Assembly (NCBI GenBank): GCA_019637395.1
Contig: JAHBVR010000012.1
Location: 129,842 to 193,841, forward strand
DNA length: 64,000 nt
Source of the DNA: Vulcanimicrobiota bacterium
GTDB lineage: Bacteria; Vulcanimicrobiota; Xenobia; Xenobiales; JADMJV01
Reading direction: 5' to 3'
The notes under the pieces are model-generated. The model worked only from the letters and a program-made list of their open reading frames with translations, ran no database searches and had not been told where the DNA came from. Numbering within the stretch: the stretch's first letter is position 1; each line of letters opens with the position of its first letter. Both the position numbers and the translations under genes were made by a program. Shown piece by piece: positions 39,110 to 49,931 of this stretch.

Positions 39110-39487
39110 GTGTCAAGACTCCAGAATGAGACGCGTAGTATGACCAGCAGCGAATTTTTCTCGCAACTTAACTGCGCCGCCGAGCATCTCCCCTATGTCG
39201 CCATCACCGAGTCCGGCGAAAAGCTCTTCCGAGCCCTGTTGGCCGGGCAGGAGGTCAACCACTTCTTCGCCGTCATCGAGCGGGTCTTTCAAGAAGGGGA
39301 CGAGGAGACACAGAATCTGTGCGTGGTGGGCTTGTTTGAATACCTGCAAAATAAGAACTATCGGGAAGGCGATCCAGATCTGGTGGAACGCCACCTGGGC
39401 CCGCTGTCCTTGTGCGCCTGGTCCAAGCTTATCGAAGGCTGGACCGGTCCGGGAGTACGCACCATAGCGCAGTGGCGGCGGGAATGA
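39110..39487 (+). CDS. hypothetical protein
   Basis: 125-aa ORF, GGGAGG RBS region upstream. Confidence 0.5.
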   Translation: MSRLQNETRSMTSSEFFSQLNCAAEHLPYVAITESGEKLFRALLAGQEVNHFFAVIERVFQEGDEETQNLCVVGLFEYLQNKNYREGDPDLVERHLGPLSLCAWSKLIEGWTGPGVRTIAQWRRE

Positions 39488-39511
39488 CCTCGCGAGAGGA
39501 GCGCGCGGGTT

Positions 39512-40624
39512 CTAAAAGCTAAGCAGGCGGCGGAGACGTTCTTCGACATCATCGGAGGTAAAGGGGAGGCGCTCCAGCGAGCGCATTGACCGGCCGTCGC
39601 TGCCGGGTTCCCAGAGGATACGGGTGACCTCCAAGGGGTGCTGGGTATAGTAGTCCCATTGCGAGCCCCACCTATCCTGCTCGCTCACCTCTTGCATAAA
39701 GTCGGGGCAGCCGGCTGACTCCAGCACTTCCAGCGAATTCAAGCCCGTATGTAATCGGGCTAATCGCCGCGATCGGTCGGGAATCCTTTGCGGAAAGACT
39801 GGTAGAACCGTGGTTTCTTCCGCTTCCCAGCCAGGCTCGAAAGAATAACAGGCCGGCCCCGGCTCCAGTCCATTCAGGGAAGCCAGCACCAAACACATAG
39901 TGGCCAGCGGCTCCTGGGTGGTTCGATGGAGTTCGGGCAAAGCGTGGCAGGCGGTCGAACTTCCCTCCCTCGATTCCCCGCCGCGCCACAAGGCCTGCAC
40001 CAGCGGAACCAGTCGCTCGATTTTCTGCCGCTGGATGACTCCCAGCACTCCCAAGAAGGTAGAAATATCCTCATAGGGTTCGTCGCTTTTCAGAAAGCTC
40101 TCGGCAAACTGCTGCTCGACCTCTCGAGCGAAGTCCCCCGTGTGAAGCTCACCCCGAGCCAGGTTCAAGGAAAAACGCTCTCCCCAGGCTGGCATCACCG
40201 AGAAATAACGTTCTCCTTGATGGCTGAGAAAAAATGTCAGCGCTGCCTCGGCCCAGGACATACCGGCGGTGGTAAGCTGAGCGGTCGGGGCGAAAACCCC
40301 TGGGGGACCCTCGGGTGGGTCCCCCAGGGGATGCACCACAGAGATACGGACGGATTCGCTCCCTGTTGGAGCCAGGGCGATCAGTTGGCTATGATTCCAC
40401 CCGTGGGTCCGGATCACCAGCCAGCCGTCATCCGCCAGGTAGAGTTCTCTGGGCGAGAGTTCCCCTTCAGGTTGTGCGCGCTCCCAAAGTACCCGCCCCC
40501 GCGAATCCAGCAAGCGGTAACGAAAATTCCGCTGGTGGCCATGTTCGCGGGGGTCGGGAGAGCGAGCCTCAGCCCGATATTCACCGGAGCAAACTTCGAG
40601 GTCAGGATAGTTCACACGGATCAT
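39512..40624 (-). CDS. hypothetical protein
   Basis: 370-aa ORF with GC3 bias. Confidence 0.5.
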   Translation of the reverse strand: MIRVNYPDLEVCSGEYRAEARSPDPREHGHQRNFRYRLLDSRGRVLWERAQPEGELSPRELYLADDGWLVIRTHGWNHSQLIALAPTGSESVRISVVHPLGDPPEGPPGVFAPTAQLTTAGMSWAEAALTFFLSHQGERYFSVMPAWGERFSLNLARGELHTGDFAREVEQQFAESFLKSDEPYEDISTFLGVLGVIQRQKIERLVPLVQALWRGGESREGSSTACHALPELHRTTQEPLATMCLVLASLNGLEPGPACYSFEPGWEAEETTVLPVFPQRIPDRSRRLARLHTGLNSLEVLESAGCPDFMQEVSEQDRWGSQWDYYTQHPLEVTRILWEPGSDGRSMRSLERLPFTSDDVEERLRRLLSF

Positions 40625-40634
40625 AGGGGCGCAG

Positions 40635-41882
40635 CTAGGTCGTGAGGTTCAAGGTGGCCGGACTCAGAGAAAAATGAATGGTGGCTCCTCGATTGACGGC
40701 TCCCTCAGCGTAAATCCTGCCATTATGCCGGTGAATGATACGCCCCACAATAGCCAGGCCGATCCCGGTTCCGGGGAATTCGTCGGCTCGATGCAGCCGC
40801 TGGAACGGTGCAAACAGCTTGGAGGCGTAATCGGGATCAAAGCCCGCGCCGTTGTCGCGGAGTTGAAAGACGCGCTGGCCCCCCTCCTGGCGGGCTTCCA
40901 GGCGAATGTCCGCTGGTTGGACGTCGCGGGTGAACTTCCAGGCGTTGCCCAGCAGGTTCTCCATCACCACCCGCAGCAAACTCTCATCGCCATGGCAAAT
41001 GAGGCGGTCCTGGATGGTCACTTGAACTTGACGCTGGGACTCGCTGTCCCTGGCTCGCAGCTCCTCGACGACTTCGCGAGCCAGTTCCGAGAGGTCGACC
41101 GGCCGGAAATTCAGCTCTGCCCGGGTCACCTGGGAAAGCTTCAGCAGGTCATCGATCAATTCGGACATCCTGTGGGCGGCTCCGCAGATGCGGTCCAGAT
41201 AGGCCCGGCCGTCCAGACCCTCCGGATAGCTTCGCTGCAGGGCCTGGCTGAACCCCAGGATACTCCGCAAAGGGGCACGCAAATCGTGGGACACGGAATA
41301 ACTGAAGGCTTCCAGTTCCTGATTCGCTTCCTTCAATTTCTCCAGGGTCTCCGCCAGTTCCGCCTGGCTTTGTTGCAACTGGCGATTCTTACGCACGGTG
41401 TCCTCGAAAGTAGAAACCAGCAGGCTGAGAATCTGCTCCTTATCCGAAGTGATGGCAAATCTGCGACCCAAAAAGACGATTTCGTTGGCGTCCTGCAGGC
41501 CTCCATTGCGCAGCCTGTGGGTCTCCAAAATATTATTGACCCGCGCAACCAGATCAGCAGCCTCGTAGGGCTTGGTGAGAAAGTGGTCAGCGCCGCTTTC
41601 CAGACCCTGAATGACATCCATCGGATTGGAAAGAGTGGTCAACAAAATAATCGGAACCCGTTTGTGGGCCGGACTCGCCTTCAATTGCCGGCACAGCTCA
41701 TATCCCGTCATGCCCGGCATGATGATGTCCGAGATGACCAGGTCGAAGGATTCAGCCCCAAGGCGCTCCAGGGCCTGCTCCGCGTTGAAGGCGGCGGTGA
41801 CGGCAAACTCCTCTTCCTCGAGAATCAGGCGCAGTTCCTCAGCCTGCGTGGCGCTGTCCTCGACGACCAGAATTTTCGTCAT
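40635..41882 (-). CDS. response-regulator receiver fused to histidine kinase (REC-HisKA-HATPase)
   Basis: N-terminal REC (ILVVEDSATQ...DIIMPGMTG...K), HisKA VSHDLRAPLRSI, HATPase N/G boxes; last gene of the che operon. Confidence 0.85.
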   Translation of the reverse strand: MTKILVVEDSATQAEELRLILEEEEFAVTAAFNAEQALERLGAESFDLVISDIIMPGMTGYELCRQLKASPAHKRVPIILLTTLSNPMDVIQGLESGADHFLTKPYEAADLVARVNNILETHRLRNGGLQDANEIVFLGRRFAITSDKEQILSLLVSTFEDTVRKNRQLQQSQAELAETLEKLKEANQELEAFSYSVSHDLRAPLRSILGFSQALQRSYPEGLDGRAYLDRICGAAHRMSELIDDLLKLSQVTRAELNFRPVDLSELAREVVEELRARDSESQRQVQVTIQDRLICHGDESLLRVVMENLLGNAWKFTRDVQPADIRLEARQEGGQRVFQLRDNGAGFDPDYASKLFAPFQRLHRADEFPGTGIGLAIVGRIIHRHNGRIYAEGAVNRGATIHFSLSPATLNLTT

Positions 41883-42916
41883 CTCTGTTCACCTTCCAGC
41901 ATCATTCTCAATCGCCGAGCCAGGCCGGCGGGGTTCAAGGAGTCATCCACCAGCCCCTCCTTCAAGGCCGCACCGGGCATCCCGAAAACAACCGAAGAAC
42001 TCTCGTCTTGGGCGAGAATCGTCCCGCCGGCCTCGCGAACGGACCGCAATCCTTCTACCCCATCTCGTCCCATACCCGTCAAGATGACGGCCACCACGGA
42101 CCTCCCGAACACTTGAGCCACCGAGTGAAAGAGATAGTTGGCCGAAGGTCGGAATCCCTGAATCAGAGGCGAAGGGTCCAACTGGATGGTCAGGTTGGGG
42201 GCGACGCCCAGGTGAAAGCCTTCGGCAGCGATGTAGACCTGGCCGGCGCGCAGGCTCTCTCCCGCGACCGCCGGCGCCACCGATAGGCAACCGACGGTAT
42301 TGAGCCAGGCAGCAAATCCCTCGGTAAAGCCCGGGGAAATATGCTGGACCACCAGGATGGGAAGGGAGAAGCCAGCTGGCAATTCCGAGAGAATTCGGGC
42401 CAGCACGGCCGGACCGCCGGTGGAAGCCGCCATGGCCACCACCCGCGCCCGCCTGACGGTTGGCCTCCGGGCTGGAGAGGGGGGACGGCGCTCCGAGTGA
42501 TCCCATCGGCGCACGACCTTTACCTGAGACATGGACTTGACGGTATTTACAAATCTGCGGGCCAGCAGTTCAAAGTTTTCAGCCTGCGGCCCCGGGGGTT
42601 TGGCAATCACGGTGAGCGCGCCCACGCCAAGAGCGCGCATAGAAATCTCGACCTCGGAAGTCCGCACGCTGGCCGATACGATCACGATAGGGGTAGCCCG
42701 TTCGGCCATAATCTGGCGAGTGGCCTCGAATCCATCCACTCCCGGCATGCTGAGATCCATGGTGATCACATCGGGTTTTAAAGCCCGGGTCATGGCGACC
42801 GCCTGTGTGCCGTCGGCTGCCTCGCCCACCACCACCAGCTCGGGATCGGAACGGAGTAGCTCCACGATCAACTGGCGGGCGGTAGGAGAATCGTCGGCAA
42901 CCAGGACACGAATCAC
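41879..42916 (-). CDS. cheB: chemotaxis protein-glutamate methylesterase CheB (REC + methylesterase)
   Basis: REC domain then CheB esterase motifs (AIGASTGGP-like MAASTGGPAV, catalytic S/H/D region). GTG start overlaps cheA stop (GTGA). Confidence 0.9.
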   Translation of the reverse strand: MIRVLVADDSPTARQLIVELLRSDPELVVVGEAADGTQAVAMTRALKPDVITMDLSMPGVDGFEATRQIMAERATPIVIVSASVRTSEVEISMRALGVGALTVIAKPPGPQAENFELLARRFVNTVKSMSQVKVVRRWDHSERRPPSPARRPTVRRARVVAMAASTGGPAVLARILSELPAGFSLPILVVQHISPGFTEGFAAWLNTVGCLSVAPAVAGESLRAGQVYIAAEGFHLGVAPNLTIQLDPSPLIQGFRPSANYLFHSVAQVFGRSVVAVILTGMGRDGVEGLRSVREAGGTILAQDESSSVVFGMPGAALKEGLVDDSLNPAGLARRLRMMLEGEQR

Positions 42917-45108
42917 AACAAGCGCGCGACCGTTTCCAGGAGCTGGCTCTGATCGAAGGCCTGCTTGGGCAGGTAGGCATCGGCGCCAGCCTGCAATCCT
43001 CTGGCCTTGTCTTGCTGGCTCTCCAGGGCCGTCACCAGCACAAAAGGTAAATTGCGCCAACGCTTGGATCCACGGATGGCTTCGCACAACGCGATGCCGT
43101 CCATGGCCGGCATTTCCACGTCAGCCACGACCAGGTCAGGCTCGACTTCAGACAGTTTATGCCAGGCGTCCAGGCCATCGGCGGCCACATGGACATCGTA
43201 GCCCGCTGCCTCCAGAATGCTCTTCTCCAGACTGCGGGTGGTCACCGAGTCGTCCACTACCAACAGGCGCCGCCGAGTGACCGAGAACTGGTCGTCCCCG
43301 GCCGGGCGCAGACTTCCCGCCGGCTTGAGACCCAGGGCGGTATGCACCAGGTCGCTGATGCTCAGGATGAGCGCAATATGCCCTGTGGACAGGATGGTGG
43401 CGCCGGCAAAGTGACGCACCCGCCGAAACCGGCTTCCCAAACTCTTGACCACGAACTCTTCCTCAGCCAGCAAAGCATCCACGGCCAGGGCTATCTGTCT
43501 TTCTCCCCAGGCCACCACCACCAGAGACTGCTTGCTCCGCGGAGCGGGGAAGCGTTCCAGGCCCAGGCCCAACACCTCCAGCAAGGAAATGACGGGCACC
43601 GGGGAGCCGTCGTTGAGAAGCACATCGCGCCCCTCCACGGAAGCGAATTCCTCAGGATCGATCCGGAGCATTCGCCGTACGCAAGCGGTGGGCAGAGCGT
43701 AGGACTGTCCCCCGGCTTTTACCAACACAGCCCGAATGGTACTGAGAGTCAGCGGTAAGTTGAGCACAAAACGGCAACCCCGACCCTCCTCGGAAAAGAT
43801 CTGCACACGGCCTCGCAGGGCTTCCACGCGGTTCTTGACCACGTCCAGACCGACGCCGCGTCCGGACAATTCAGTGAGCTTGGGGGCGGTCGAGAATCCG
43901 GGAAGAAAGACCAGCTGGGCCAGTTCCAACGGATCCTCAGGCACCACCAGGCCGCGGCGCCGGGCCTGTTCCCGAATGGCACTCAGACTTAGCCCCCGGC
44001 CGTCATCGGCCACGACCACCTCGACGCCCTCGCCGCGCACGGCGGCCGCGACCGTAACGATGGAGCGCGCCGATTTGCCGAGCGCGAGGCGCTCTTGGGG
44101 AGGCTCCGCGCCATGATCGACGGCGTTGCGCACCAGATGCCAGAGGGGATCTTTCAAACTTTCCAGGATGGATCGGTCCAGTTCCGTGCGCCGACCCCTC
44201 AAAACCAGTTGCACTTCTTTACCAGCGGTGCGGGCCAGGTCACGCACGGTCCGCTCCAGACCCTCACATCCATCTCCAAAGGGAAAGAGCCGAACCCTGC
44301 GGATTTCGGCTTCCAAAGGCTCGGCGGCCTGCTCCAGAAAGCGGTTGTCAGCGGCTGTTCGGGCCGCCAGCTCGTCAATACGCCGTTCGAGCTGTTTGAG
44401 GTAGTCCCGGGTCCGTTCCATCGCTTGAAGCGCGCGCCGAGGCAGCCATTCCTGGGCCGCCGAGGGACCGGTAAACTTGCGCAGAGGCTTCTCCAGGCGG
44501 GTCCACTCGGCGCTGCAATGCTGAATCACTTCTCGCAAAGCCTGCAATTCATCCAGGCGGGAAGCCGAGCGACGGCGGGCCACCAGCAATTCCCCACCGC
44601 GATCCATCAACGCGTCCAATTTATCGGCGGCGACCCTGACGAAGACGTCCTTTCTGGAAAGCGCCGGCGGAGCCGGCGTCTCCGCTGGCGCGGGCTCGGC
44701 CGTAGCCGGCTCCGCCTGCGGCCGGCCCGGCCTGGGCAGCAGGCTTTGCAGGGGGCTGCCACTCAGGGACTGCTGGGAGCGGAGACGCCGGGCGGCCTCC
44801 TGTAGAGCATCGGAGTAGGCGAACAACAACTGGAAGAACTCGGAATCGGGCTGGCGTTTTCCCTCCCGGGCCTGAACCAGCGTGTCTTCCAGAGCATGGC
44901 AGGCCTGCTCCAGGACCGGCTGATTTACGGAACGCGAAGCCCCTTTGAGGCTATGCAAAGTGCGCAAAAGCGTCTGCCAGAGCTCGGCGCGGGATGCCTC
45001 GGGCCCCTTTTCCAGCGCCAGCAGATCCCGCTCAAAAACTCGGGCGTGTTCCTCGAGTTCGGCCACAAAGGTAACCATCAGGCGTTGGATCAGCTTCTCT
45101 TTATCCAC
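42913..45108 (-). CDS. cheA: chemotaxis histidine kinase CheA with C-terminal CheY-like receiver
   Basis: HPt (HSLKGASRSV), dimerisation, HATPase, CheW-like domain, C-terminal REC (LLVVDDSVTTR...DVEMPAMDG...K). Confidence 0.9.
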   Translation of the reverse strand: MDKEKLIQRLMVTFVAELEEHARVFERDLLALEKGPEASRAELWQTLLRTLHSLKGASRSVNQPVLEQACHALEDTLVQAREGKRQPDSEFFQLLFAYSDALQEAARRLRSQQSLSGSPLQSLLPRPGRPQAEPATAEPAPAETPAPPALSRKDVFVRVAADKLDALMDRGGELLVARRRSASRLDELQALREVIQHCSAEWTRLEKPLRKFTGPSAAQEWLPRRALQAMERTRDYLKQLERRIDELAARTAADNRFLEQAAEPLEAEIRRVRLFPFGDGCEGLERTVRDLARTAGKEVQLVLRGRRTELDRSILESLKDPLWHLVRNAVDHGAEPPQERLALGKSARSIVTVAAAVRGEGVEVVVADDGRGLSLSAIREQARRRGLVVPEDPLELAQLVFLPGFSTAPKLTELSGRGVGLDVVKNRVEALRGRVQIFSEEGRGCRFVLNLPLTLSTIRAVLVKAGGQSYALPTACVRRMLRIDPEEFASVEGRDVLLNDGSPVPVISLLEVLGLGLERFPAPRSKQSLVVVAWGERQIALAVDALLAEEEFVVKSLGSRFRRVRHFAGATILSTGHIALILSISDLVHTALGLKPAGSLRPAGDDQFSVTRRRLLVVDDSVTTRSLEKSILEAAGYDVHVAADGLDAWHKLSEVEPDLVVADVEMPAMDGIALCEAIRGSKRWRNLPFVLVTALESQQDKARGLQAGADAYLPKQAFDQSQLLETVARLL

Positions 45109-45113
45109 GGGGC

Positions 45114-46766
45114 CTAGCGTCCATAGCCCGCCAACAACTCTCCCAGCCTGGTCCCGAGCAGGTTCAGATCGCGGGCGGCCCGTTCCGTCTCCTTGGTGGC
45201 GGCCAGATTTTGGGTGGCCACCAGGCTGATGCTCTTCATGGCCTGATGGATTTGCGCCATACCGGCCGCCTGCTGGCCGGCCGAGGCGGCCACCTGAGCG
45301 GCCGACTGAGCGGACTGATTGATGGTATCGGTCAACAGGCGAATGGCTTCGCCCGCCTGGTCGACCACTTTGATGGCGCCGTTAACGCTTTTGGATCCAT
45401 CTTCGGTGGCCATCACCGCACTATTGGTGGCTTTTTGAATGGCGCTCAGAATCTGCCTCACCTGCGAGGTCGCCTTCTTGGACTGCTCGGCCAGCGCCTT
45501 GACCTCGCTGGCCACCACCGAGAATCCTCGTCCGTGTTCTCCCGCTCGAGCGGCCTCGATGGCGGCGTTGAGAGCCAGCAGGTTGGTCTGTTCCGCGATT
45601 TCATTGACGGTGGCAATGATCTCCCCGATTTGCTGAGCCTGCTCCGCCAGCACCAGGATACTCTCGGCCAGGGACTCGACCTGGCCGCGCACCCCTCCCA
45701 TGACCGACACCGCTTCTTCGACCGACTTGCGCCCCACTTCGCCTATCTCAGCGGTCCGCTGCGAGGCATCGGCCACCGCTTTCAAACGGTGGGCGGCCTG
45801 TTCCGAAGTCTGCGTCACCTCGTCCACCGTGGCTACCGTCTGGGACACTCCGGCGGCCTGTTCCTGGGCGCCGGTGGACTGCTGGCTGCTGGCCGCCAGG
45901 ATTTGTTGGGCGGCCGAAGCCAATTCTTGAGAGGTCTCGGTCACCGCTTTCAAGAGCCTGTCTTTGCTCTCTTCCGCCGCTTTGCGCTCGGTGATGTCAA
46001 TAATGGAAGCCAGCACGTGCAGGCCCTCGTCGGTCTTCACCGGATTGAGACCAATCTCTACCGGCACTTCGCGGCCGTCGCGGCGCAACGCGTAAAGCTC
46101 CCGGCCCACTCCCATCGAGCGCTGTTGAGGATTGGCGAAAAAGCCGGCGCGGTGATCCGGGTGGCGGGAACGGAAACGGTCCGGCACCAGCGATTCGATC
46201 GACTTGCCAATCAACTCCCCCCGGCCGTAGCCAAGGATCTGCTCCGTCTGAGCGTTGGCCATGGCGATGATGCCGGCGCGGTCCATCATCAGGATGGCCA
46301 CGGGAGCTGTCTCCAAGGTCAGACGCAGGCGTTCCTCGGCCCGGCGGCGCTCGCTAATGTCGACGATGGAAGCCAGAGTATAAGTTCCGGCTCGGGTGAT
46401 AAGCGGATTGAGACCAATCTCCACCGGCACTTCGCGACCGTCCTTGAGCAGTCCGTAGAGTTCTCTGCCCGCCCCCATGGCTCGGGGAGCCGGGCTGGCA
46501 AAATAGAGGTGCCGGTGTTCCGGATGGCGTGAGCGAAAACGCTCCGGTACAAGCAGTTCAATAGGTCTGCCCAGCAACTCGCGGCGCTCATAGCCGAACA
46601 ATTTTTCCAACAATGCATTTACCTGGACGATCATCCCGGATCCATCCACAGTTAACATCGCCACCGGAATGGCTTCGAGAGCCACTTGCAGTTCCTCGGG
46701 GGAGCCCAGACGCTCGGGACTTCGGCGCGAGCGAGATGGCTTGCTCAAGGATGGGTCGTTGGGCAT
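45114..46766 (-). CDS. cytoplasmic methyl-accepting chemotaxis protein with two PAS domains
   Basis: Two PAS repeats (…[19 protein letters not shown]… x2) followed by MCP signalling domain ([34 protein letters not shown]). No TM segments. Start at 46766 with GGAGG RBS. Confidence 0.85.
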   Translation of the reverse strand: MPNDPSLSKPSRSRRSPERLGSPEELQVALEAIPVAMLTVDGSGMIVQVNALLEKLFGYERRELLGRPIELLVPERFRSRHPEHRHLYFASPAPRAMGAGRELYGLLKDGREVPVEIGLNPLITRAGTYTLASIVDISERRRAEERLRLTLETAPVAILMMDRAGIIAMANAQTEQILGYGRGELIGKSIESLVPDRFRSRHPDHRAGFFANPQQRSMGVGRELYALRRDGREVPVEIGLNPVKTDEGLHVLASIIDITERKAAEESKDRLLKAVTETSQELASAAQQILAASSQQSTGAQEQAAGVSQTVATVDEVTQTSEQAAHRLKAVADASQRTAEIGEVGRKSVEEAVSVMGGVRGQVESLAESILVLAEQAQQIGEIIATVNEIAEQTNLLALNAAIEAARAGEHGRGFSVVASEVKALAEQSKKATSQVRQILSAIQKATNSAVMATEDGSKSVNGAIKVVDQAGEAIRLLTDTINQSAQSAAQVAASAGQQAAGMAQIHQAMKSISLVATQNLAATKETERAARDLNLLGTRLGELLAGYGR

Positions 46767-46785
46767 AATTTTTCCTCCAATGTTC

Positions 46786-47382
46786 TTATCCACTTTCCTT
46801 TTGATCCACAAAAAGACGGTTGTCGTTCAGCAACTTCGCTCCATCCAGCACCTGCATGGCCTGGCGCGTTACGCCCAGGAGATAACTCCGGGCGGCGGGG
46901 GTTACGCTGGCGGGCGTTTCCAGGATGTCCGCGGCCGGCAGCCAGAAGGCCTCCAGGGCTTCATCGGCCAGAATCCCTAATTCAGGCTGTTCTCGGCCCA
47001 CCACCAGGACGCGGGGCTCTTCGCTGAGGCCTCGACTGGGGAGGCGAAAAATCTTGCGCAGATCCAGAATGCACAAGACCTCGCCTCTCAGATTGGTGAC
47101 TCCGAAAACGAAATCGCCGGCGCCCGGCACCGGAGTAAAGTCGAGCAGACGAATGACTTCGCGCAGGTAGGCGGTGCCGATGGCATAACGTTCGCCTCCC
47201 AAACTGAAGCTGAGCAGGTGATAGTGCTGGCCGCTAGTGGCCTGCGGCAGGGGACGAGCCAGAGCCCGGGCCCGTTCGTCCATGCGGGCCCGGCCCTCGC
47301 CGGCGGGGAGTTCCAAGCTGGCCTCGGCCGCGGCATGGGCTCTGGCCAGGCGCTCGCGCACGGCCTGCCAGTCGATGCTCAT
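46786..47382 (-). CDS. cheW: chemotaxis coupling protein CheW
   Basis: CheW-like domain ([14 protein letters not shown]...[18 protein letters not shown]); ATGA overlap with cheR stop. Confidence 0.85.
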   Translation of the reverse strand: MSIDWQAVRERLARAHAAAEASLELPAGEGRARMDERARALARPLPQATSGQHYHLLSFSLGGERYAIGTAYLREVIRLLDFTPVPGAGDFVFGVTNLRGEVLCILDLRKIFRLPSRGLSEEPRVLVVGREQPELGILADEALEAFWLPAADILETPASVTPAARSYLLGVTRQAMQVLDGAKLLNDNRLFVDQKESG

Positions 47383-48671
47383 AAAGAGGAAAGCTTGCGC
47401 TGACAAGCCTGAACCATAGCTCCGGCACTCCCTCCCTCGCCCCAGCGCAAAGGCTCTTCCGCCGGCAAGACCCGAGCGCAGTCCCGGGCATTGCGAAAAG
47501 CCCGGGCGGCCTCCGCCAGCCGGCCCTGCCCCTCGAGCAGATTGGCCAGTAAAAAGTGAGCAACCACAGCCGATGGGTCGAGGTAGAGAACCCGTTTCAG
47601 AGCCTCCAGCGCCTCTTCCACTTCTCCCTGGTCCAGCCCCAGCATGGCCCTCAAAAAGTGCAGCTCACCGGCCAGGGGGTAACGTTGGCATTGCCGCCGC
47701 GCTTCCGCCAGCAGCTCGGCGGGGGCGCGCTGCTGGAGCAGGCTGCGGAATTGCCGGACTGCCTCCTCCTGAGCCGAAGCAGGCGGGGGGGCCGCCGGCC
47801 TGGGGCGCTTGCGGGGGGCCGGAGGCGCGCTGGGAAGTGAAGGGGCCGGCTGGCTGCGGTGCTGGGGAGACTTGCAGTAGAATACGCCCCATTCTGAGAG
47901 CACGGTGGTGAAAGGAGCCCGCTCGCCCAGGGGAGGGTCGGCCGAACCCGTAACCAACCAGCCGCCCTCGGCCAGCGTCTGGTAAAAGAGTCTGGCCAGT
48001 TGGTCCAAGCAACTACGGTCCAGATAGTAAAGGACGTTGCGGCAGAAGATCAAGTCCACCTTCCGGTTCCAGGGCGGTACTCCGGAAGCCAGACTGTGCC
48101 AGGCAAATCGGGCCCGCCGAACGCGGGGAGACCACAACGAACCGCTACAATGAAACCACTTCTCCAAGACCTGGGGCTCCACCCCGCGCAGAGACCAGGA
48201 ACCATAAGCTCCGCGCTCCGCCTTGCGGAGTGCCTCCCGCGAGATGTCCGTGCCCAATACCGAGCCGGCCAGACCCTCTTCCTCAAGCACGGTCGCCAAC
48301 GAATAGGCTTCCTCGCCCGAAGAGCAACCGGCGCTCCAAACGCTCCACTCATGGCAGCTCCCGCGAGATTTACGCAGTTCCGGGATGATTCGGCTACGCA
48401 GAAATTGAAATTGATTCGGCTCGCGGAAAAAATAAGTCTCTCCCACGGTCAATTCGCCGATCAAATCGTCCAGAGGCAATTCTCCGCTCTCCAGCAGGCG
48501 TTGATACCCCTCGATCTCGGTCACTAAATTTCTTTCCATGGCGCGCCGGATACCGGCTTCGGCCTCCTGGCGCCGGGCTGGAGAGAAAACCAATCGGGTG
48601 TGGTAATTCAAATAAGCCGCCACCTTCTCGAAGGCCGGGTGACTCCAAGCCTGGCTGTCGGTCATGCGCAA
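47379..48671 (-). CDS. cheR: chemotaxis protein methyltransferase CheR with C-terminal TPR-like region
   Basis: CheR SAM-binding core (ETYFFREPNQF..., VWSAGCSSGEEAYSLA) plus ~150-aa helical repeat extension. Confidence 0.9.
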   Translation of the reverse strand: MRMTDSQAWSHPAFEKVAAYLNYHTRLVFSPARRQEAEAGIRRAMERNLVTEIEGYQRLLESGELPLDDLIGELTVGETYFFREPNQFQFLRSRIIPELRKSRGSCHEWSVWSAGCSSGEEAYSLATVLEEEGLAGSVLGTDISREALRKAERGAYGSWSLRGVEPQVLEKWFHCSGSLWSPRVRRARFAWHSLASGVPPWNRKVDLIFCRNVLYYLDRSCLDQLARLFYQTLAEGGWLVTGSADPPLGERAPFTTVLSEWGVFYCKSPQHRSQPAPSLPSAPPAPRKRPRPAAPPPASAQEEAVRQFRSLLQQRAPAELLAEARRQCQRYPLAGELHFLRAMLGLDQGEVEEALEALKRVLYLDPSAVVAHFLLANLLEGQGRLAEAARAFRNARDCARVLPAEEPLRWGEGGSAGAMVQACQRKLSSL

Positions 48672-49108
48672 GTCCGGGAAATGGCCTGCTCCAGACAGTC
48701 GGATTCAGCCTGGGAGAGAAAACGCGCCAAATCATAGATCAAGACCAACCCGTCCGGAAGCCTGGCAATTCCTACGATGACCTCGGCGCCCTGGGCGCAG
48801 CTCTCGATATCCTGCTCCGGGAAGCGGACCAGACCCACAGCCTGATCGGCTCGAATGGCCACCAGGCGGGACCCCGCCCAGGCCAACAAGAGATGATCCG
48901 TGTGGCAGGGTGGGCGCGCCGGCAAGCCAAAGCGGAGCCGAAGATCGAAAACCGGGGCGGTCTGGCCGCGCACGTTCAGCACGCCTTCCACCACAGGGGG
49001 TGAGCCCGGCAGCGGCAGGCTGGAGGCGGAACGGAGAACCTCGCAAACCTGGGCGAGAGGTATTCCGTAGCGGTTTCGATCCAGTTCTATGACGAAGATA
49101 TCTTGCAT
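48662..49108 (-). CDS. cheW: chemotaxis coupling protein CheW
   Basis: 148-aa CheW-like domain; first gene of the operon. Confidence 0.85.
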   Translation of the reverse strand: MQDIFVIELDRNRYGIPLAQVCEVLRSASSLPLPGSPPVVEGVLNVRGQTAPVFDLRLRFGLPARPPCHTDHLLLAWAGSRLVAIRADQAVGLVRFPEQDIESCAQGAEVIVGIARLPDGLVLIYDLARFLSQAESDCLEQAISRTCA

Positions 49109-49282
49109 TTTGCCGCGCCCCTCCGCCCTGAATTCACATTACCAGAGGGCGGAATTAGCCGGCCTGGGAAAAGTCTCCTTCCTCTCTCCATCGACGCCAT
49201 AGCCTATGGAATGGGTTTCGGGCGACCCCGTTAAGTAAAACCTCATCACTTATTCAGACAGTTTTCATCCTGAGCGGATACG

Positions 49283-49576
49283 GTGAGACGCGTGTTGGCG
49301 ATTTTCTTCACATTGGCCGCCGTTGGCGCGCAAACCTTGGCGAATTATGCGTTGCGCGGGGAGCGTTATGGTCCCGGCATAGCCCTTCTGGCCGGCCATT
49401 TCTTCCTCTGGTGCCTCGCCCTGCGCCTGGCTCCGCTGACCCTGCTCATCCCCTGGACGGCCCTTAGCCACGTTCTCAACGCCTTCCTGGCCAGAAAAAT
49501 TCTGCGCGAGAGGGTTACCCGACGGCGCTGGGCCGGCACTCTCCTGATCGCCCTGGGCATCGTGCTATGCAACTGA
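49283..49576 (+). CDS. 4-TM small transporter subunit (DMT superfamily, SMR/ArnE-like)
   Basis: GTG start, 97 aa, four hydrophobic helices; overlaps partner gene. Confidence 0.6.
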   Translation: MRRVLAIFFTLAAVGAQTLANYALRGERYGPGIALLAGHFFLWCLALRLAPLTLLIPWTALSHVLNAFLARKILRERVTRRRWAGTLLIALGIVLCN

Positions 49577-49917
49577 AATCCGGACTGGCGCTGGCCGCCC
49601 TGGCGATTTTCCTGAGCACCGAGGGAGATATCCTGCTGGCGCTGGCCCTACGACAATCCGCCCACTACTCCACACTTTGCCTGGCCGTCGCGCTGCTGGC
49701 GGGCCATTTTCTGGTCTGGCTGCAGGTCATCAAACGCCTGGAACTCTCCCTGGCCGTTCCCCTGACCGCCTCCTCCTATCTGCTCAACGCGCTGTTGGCG
49801 CCGTCCCAGTTGTCGGAAACGCTGAGCCTGAAGGCTCTGGCCGGCTATATACTGGTCACCGTGGGCGTGGTGCTGGTGGTTGCAGGCGAGGAGAGGGTGG
49901 ACAGATGCGATTCCTGA
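49567..49917 (+). CDS. 4-TM small transporter subunit (DMT superfamily, SMR/ArnF-like)
   Basis: 116 aa, four hydrophobic helices, paired with preceding gene. Confidence 0.6.
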   Translation: MQLKSGLALAALAIFLSTEGDILLALALRQSAHYSTLCLAVALLAGHFLVWLQVIKRLELSLAVPLTASSYLLNALLAPSQLSETLSLKALAGYILVTVGVVLVVAGEERVDRCDS

Positions 49918-49931
49918 ATTCGCCGATCACC

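Noticed and set aside
40674-42116. 480-aa + strand ORF
   Set aside because: Antisense to the REC-HK and cheB genes, which carry unmistakable domain motifs.
45210-46532. 440-aa + strand ORF
   Set aside because: Antisense to the PAS-MCP gene; low-complexity Gly/Leu/Arg composition.
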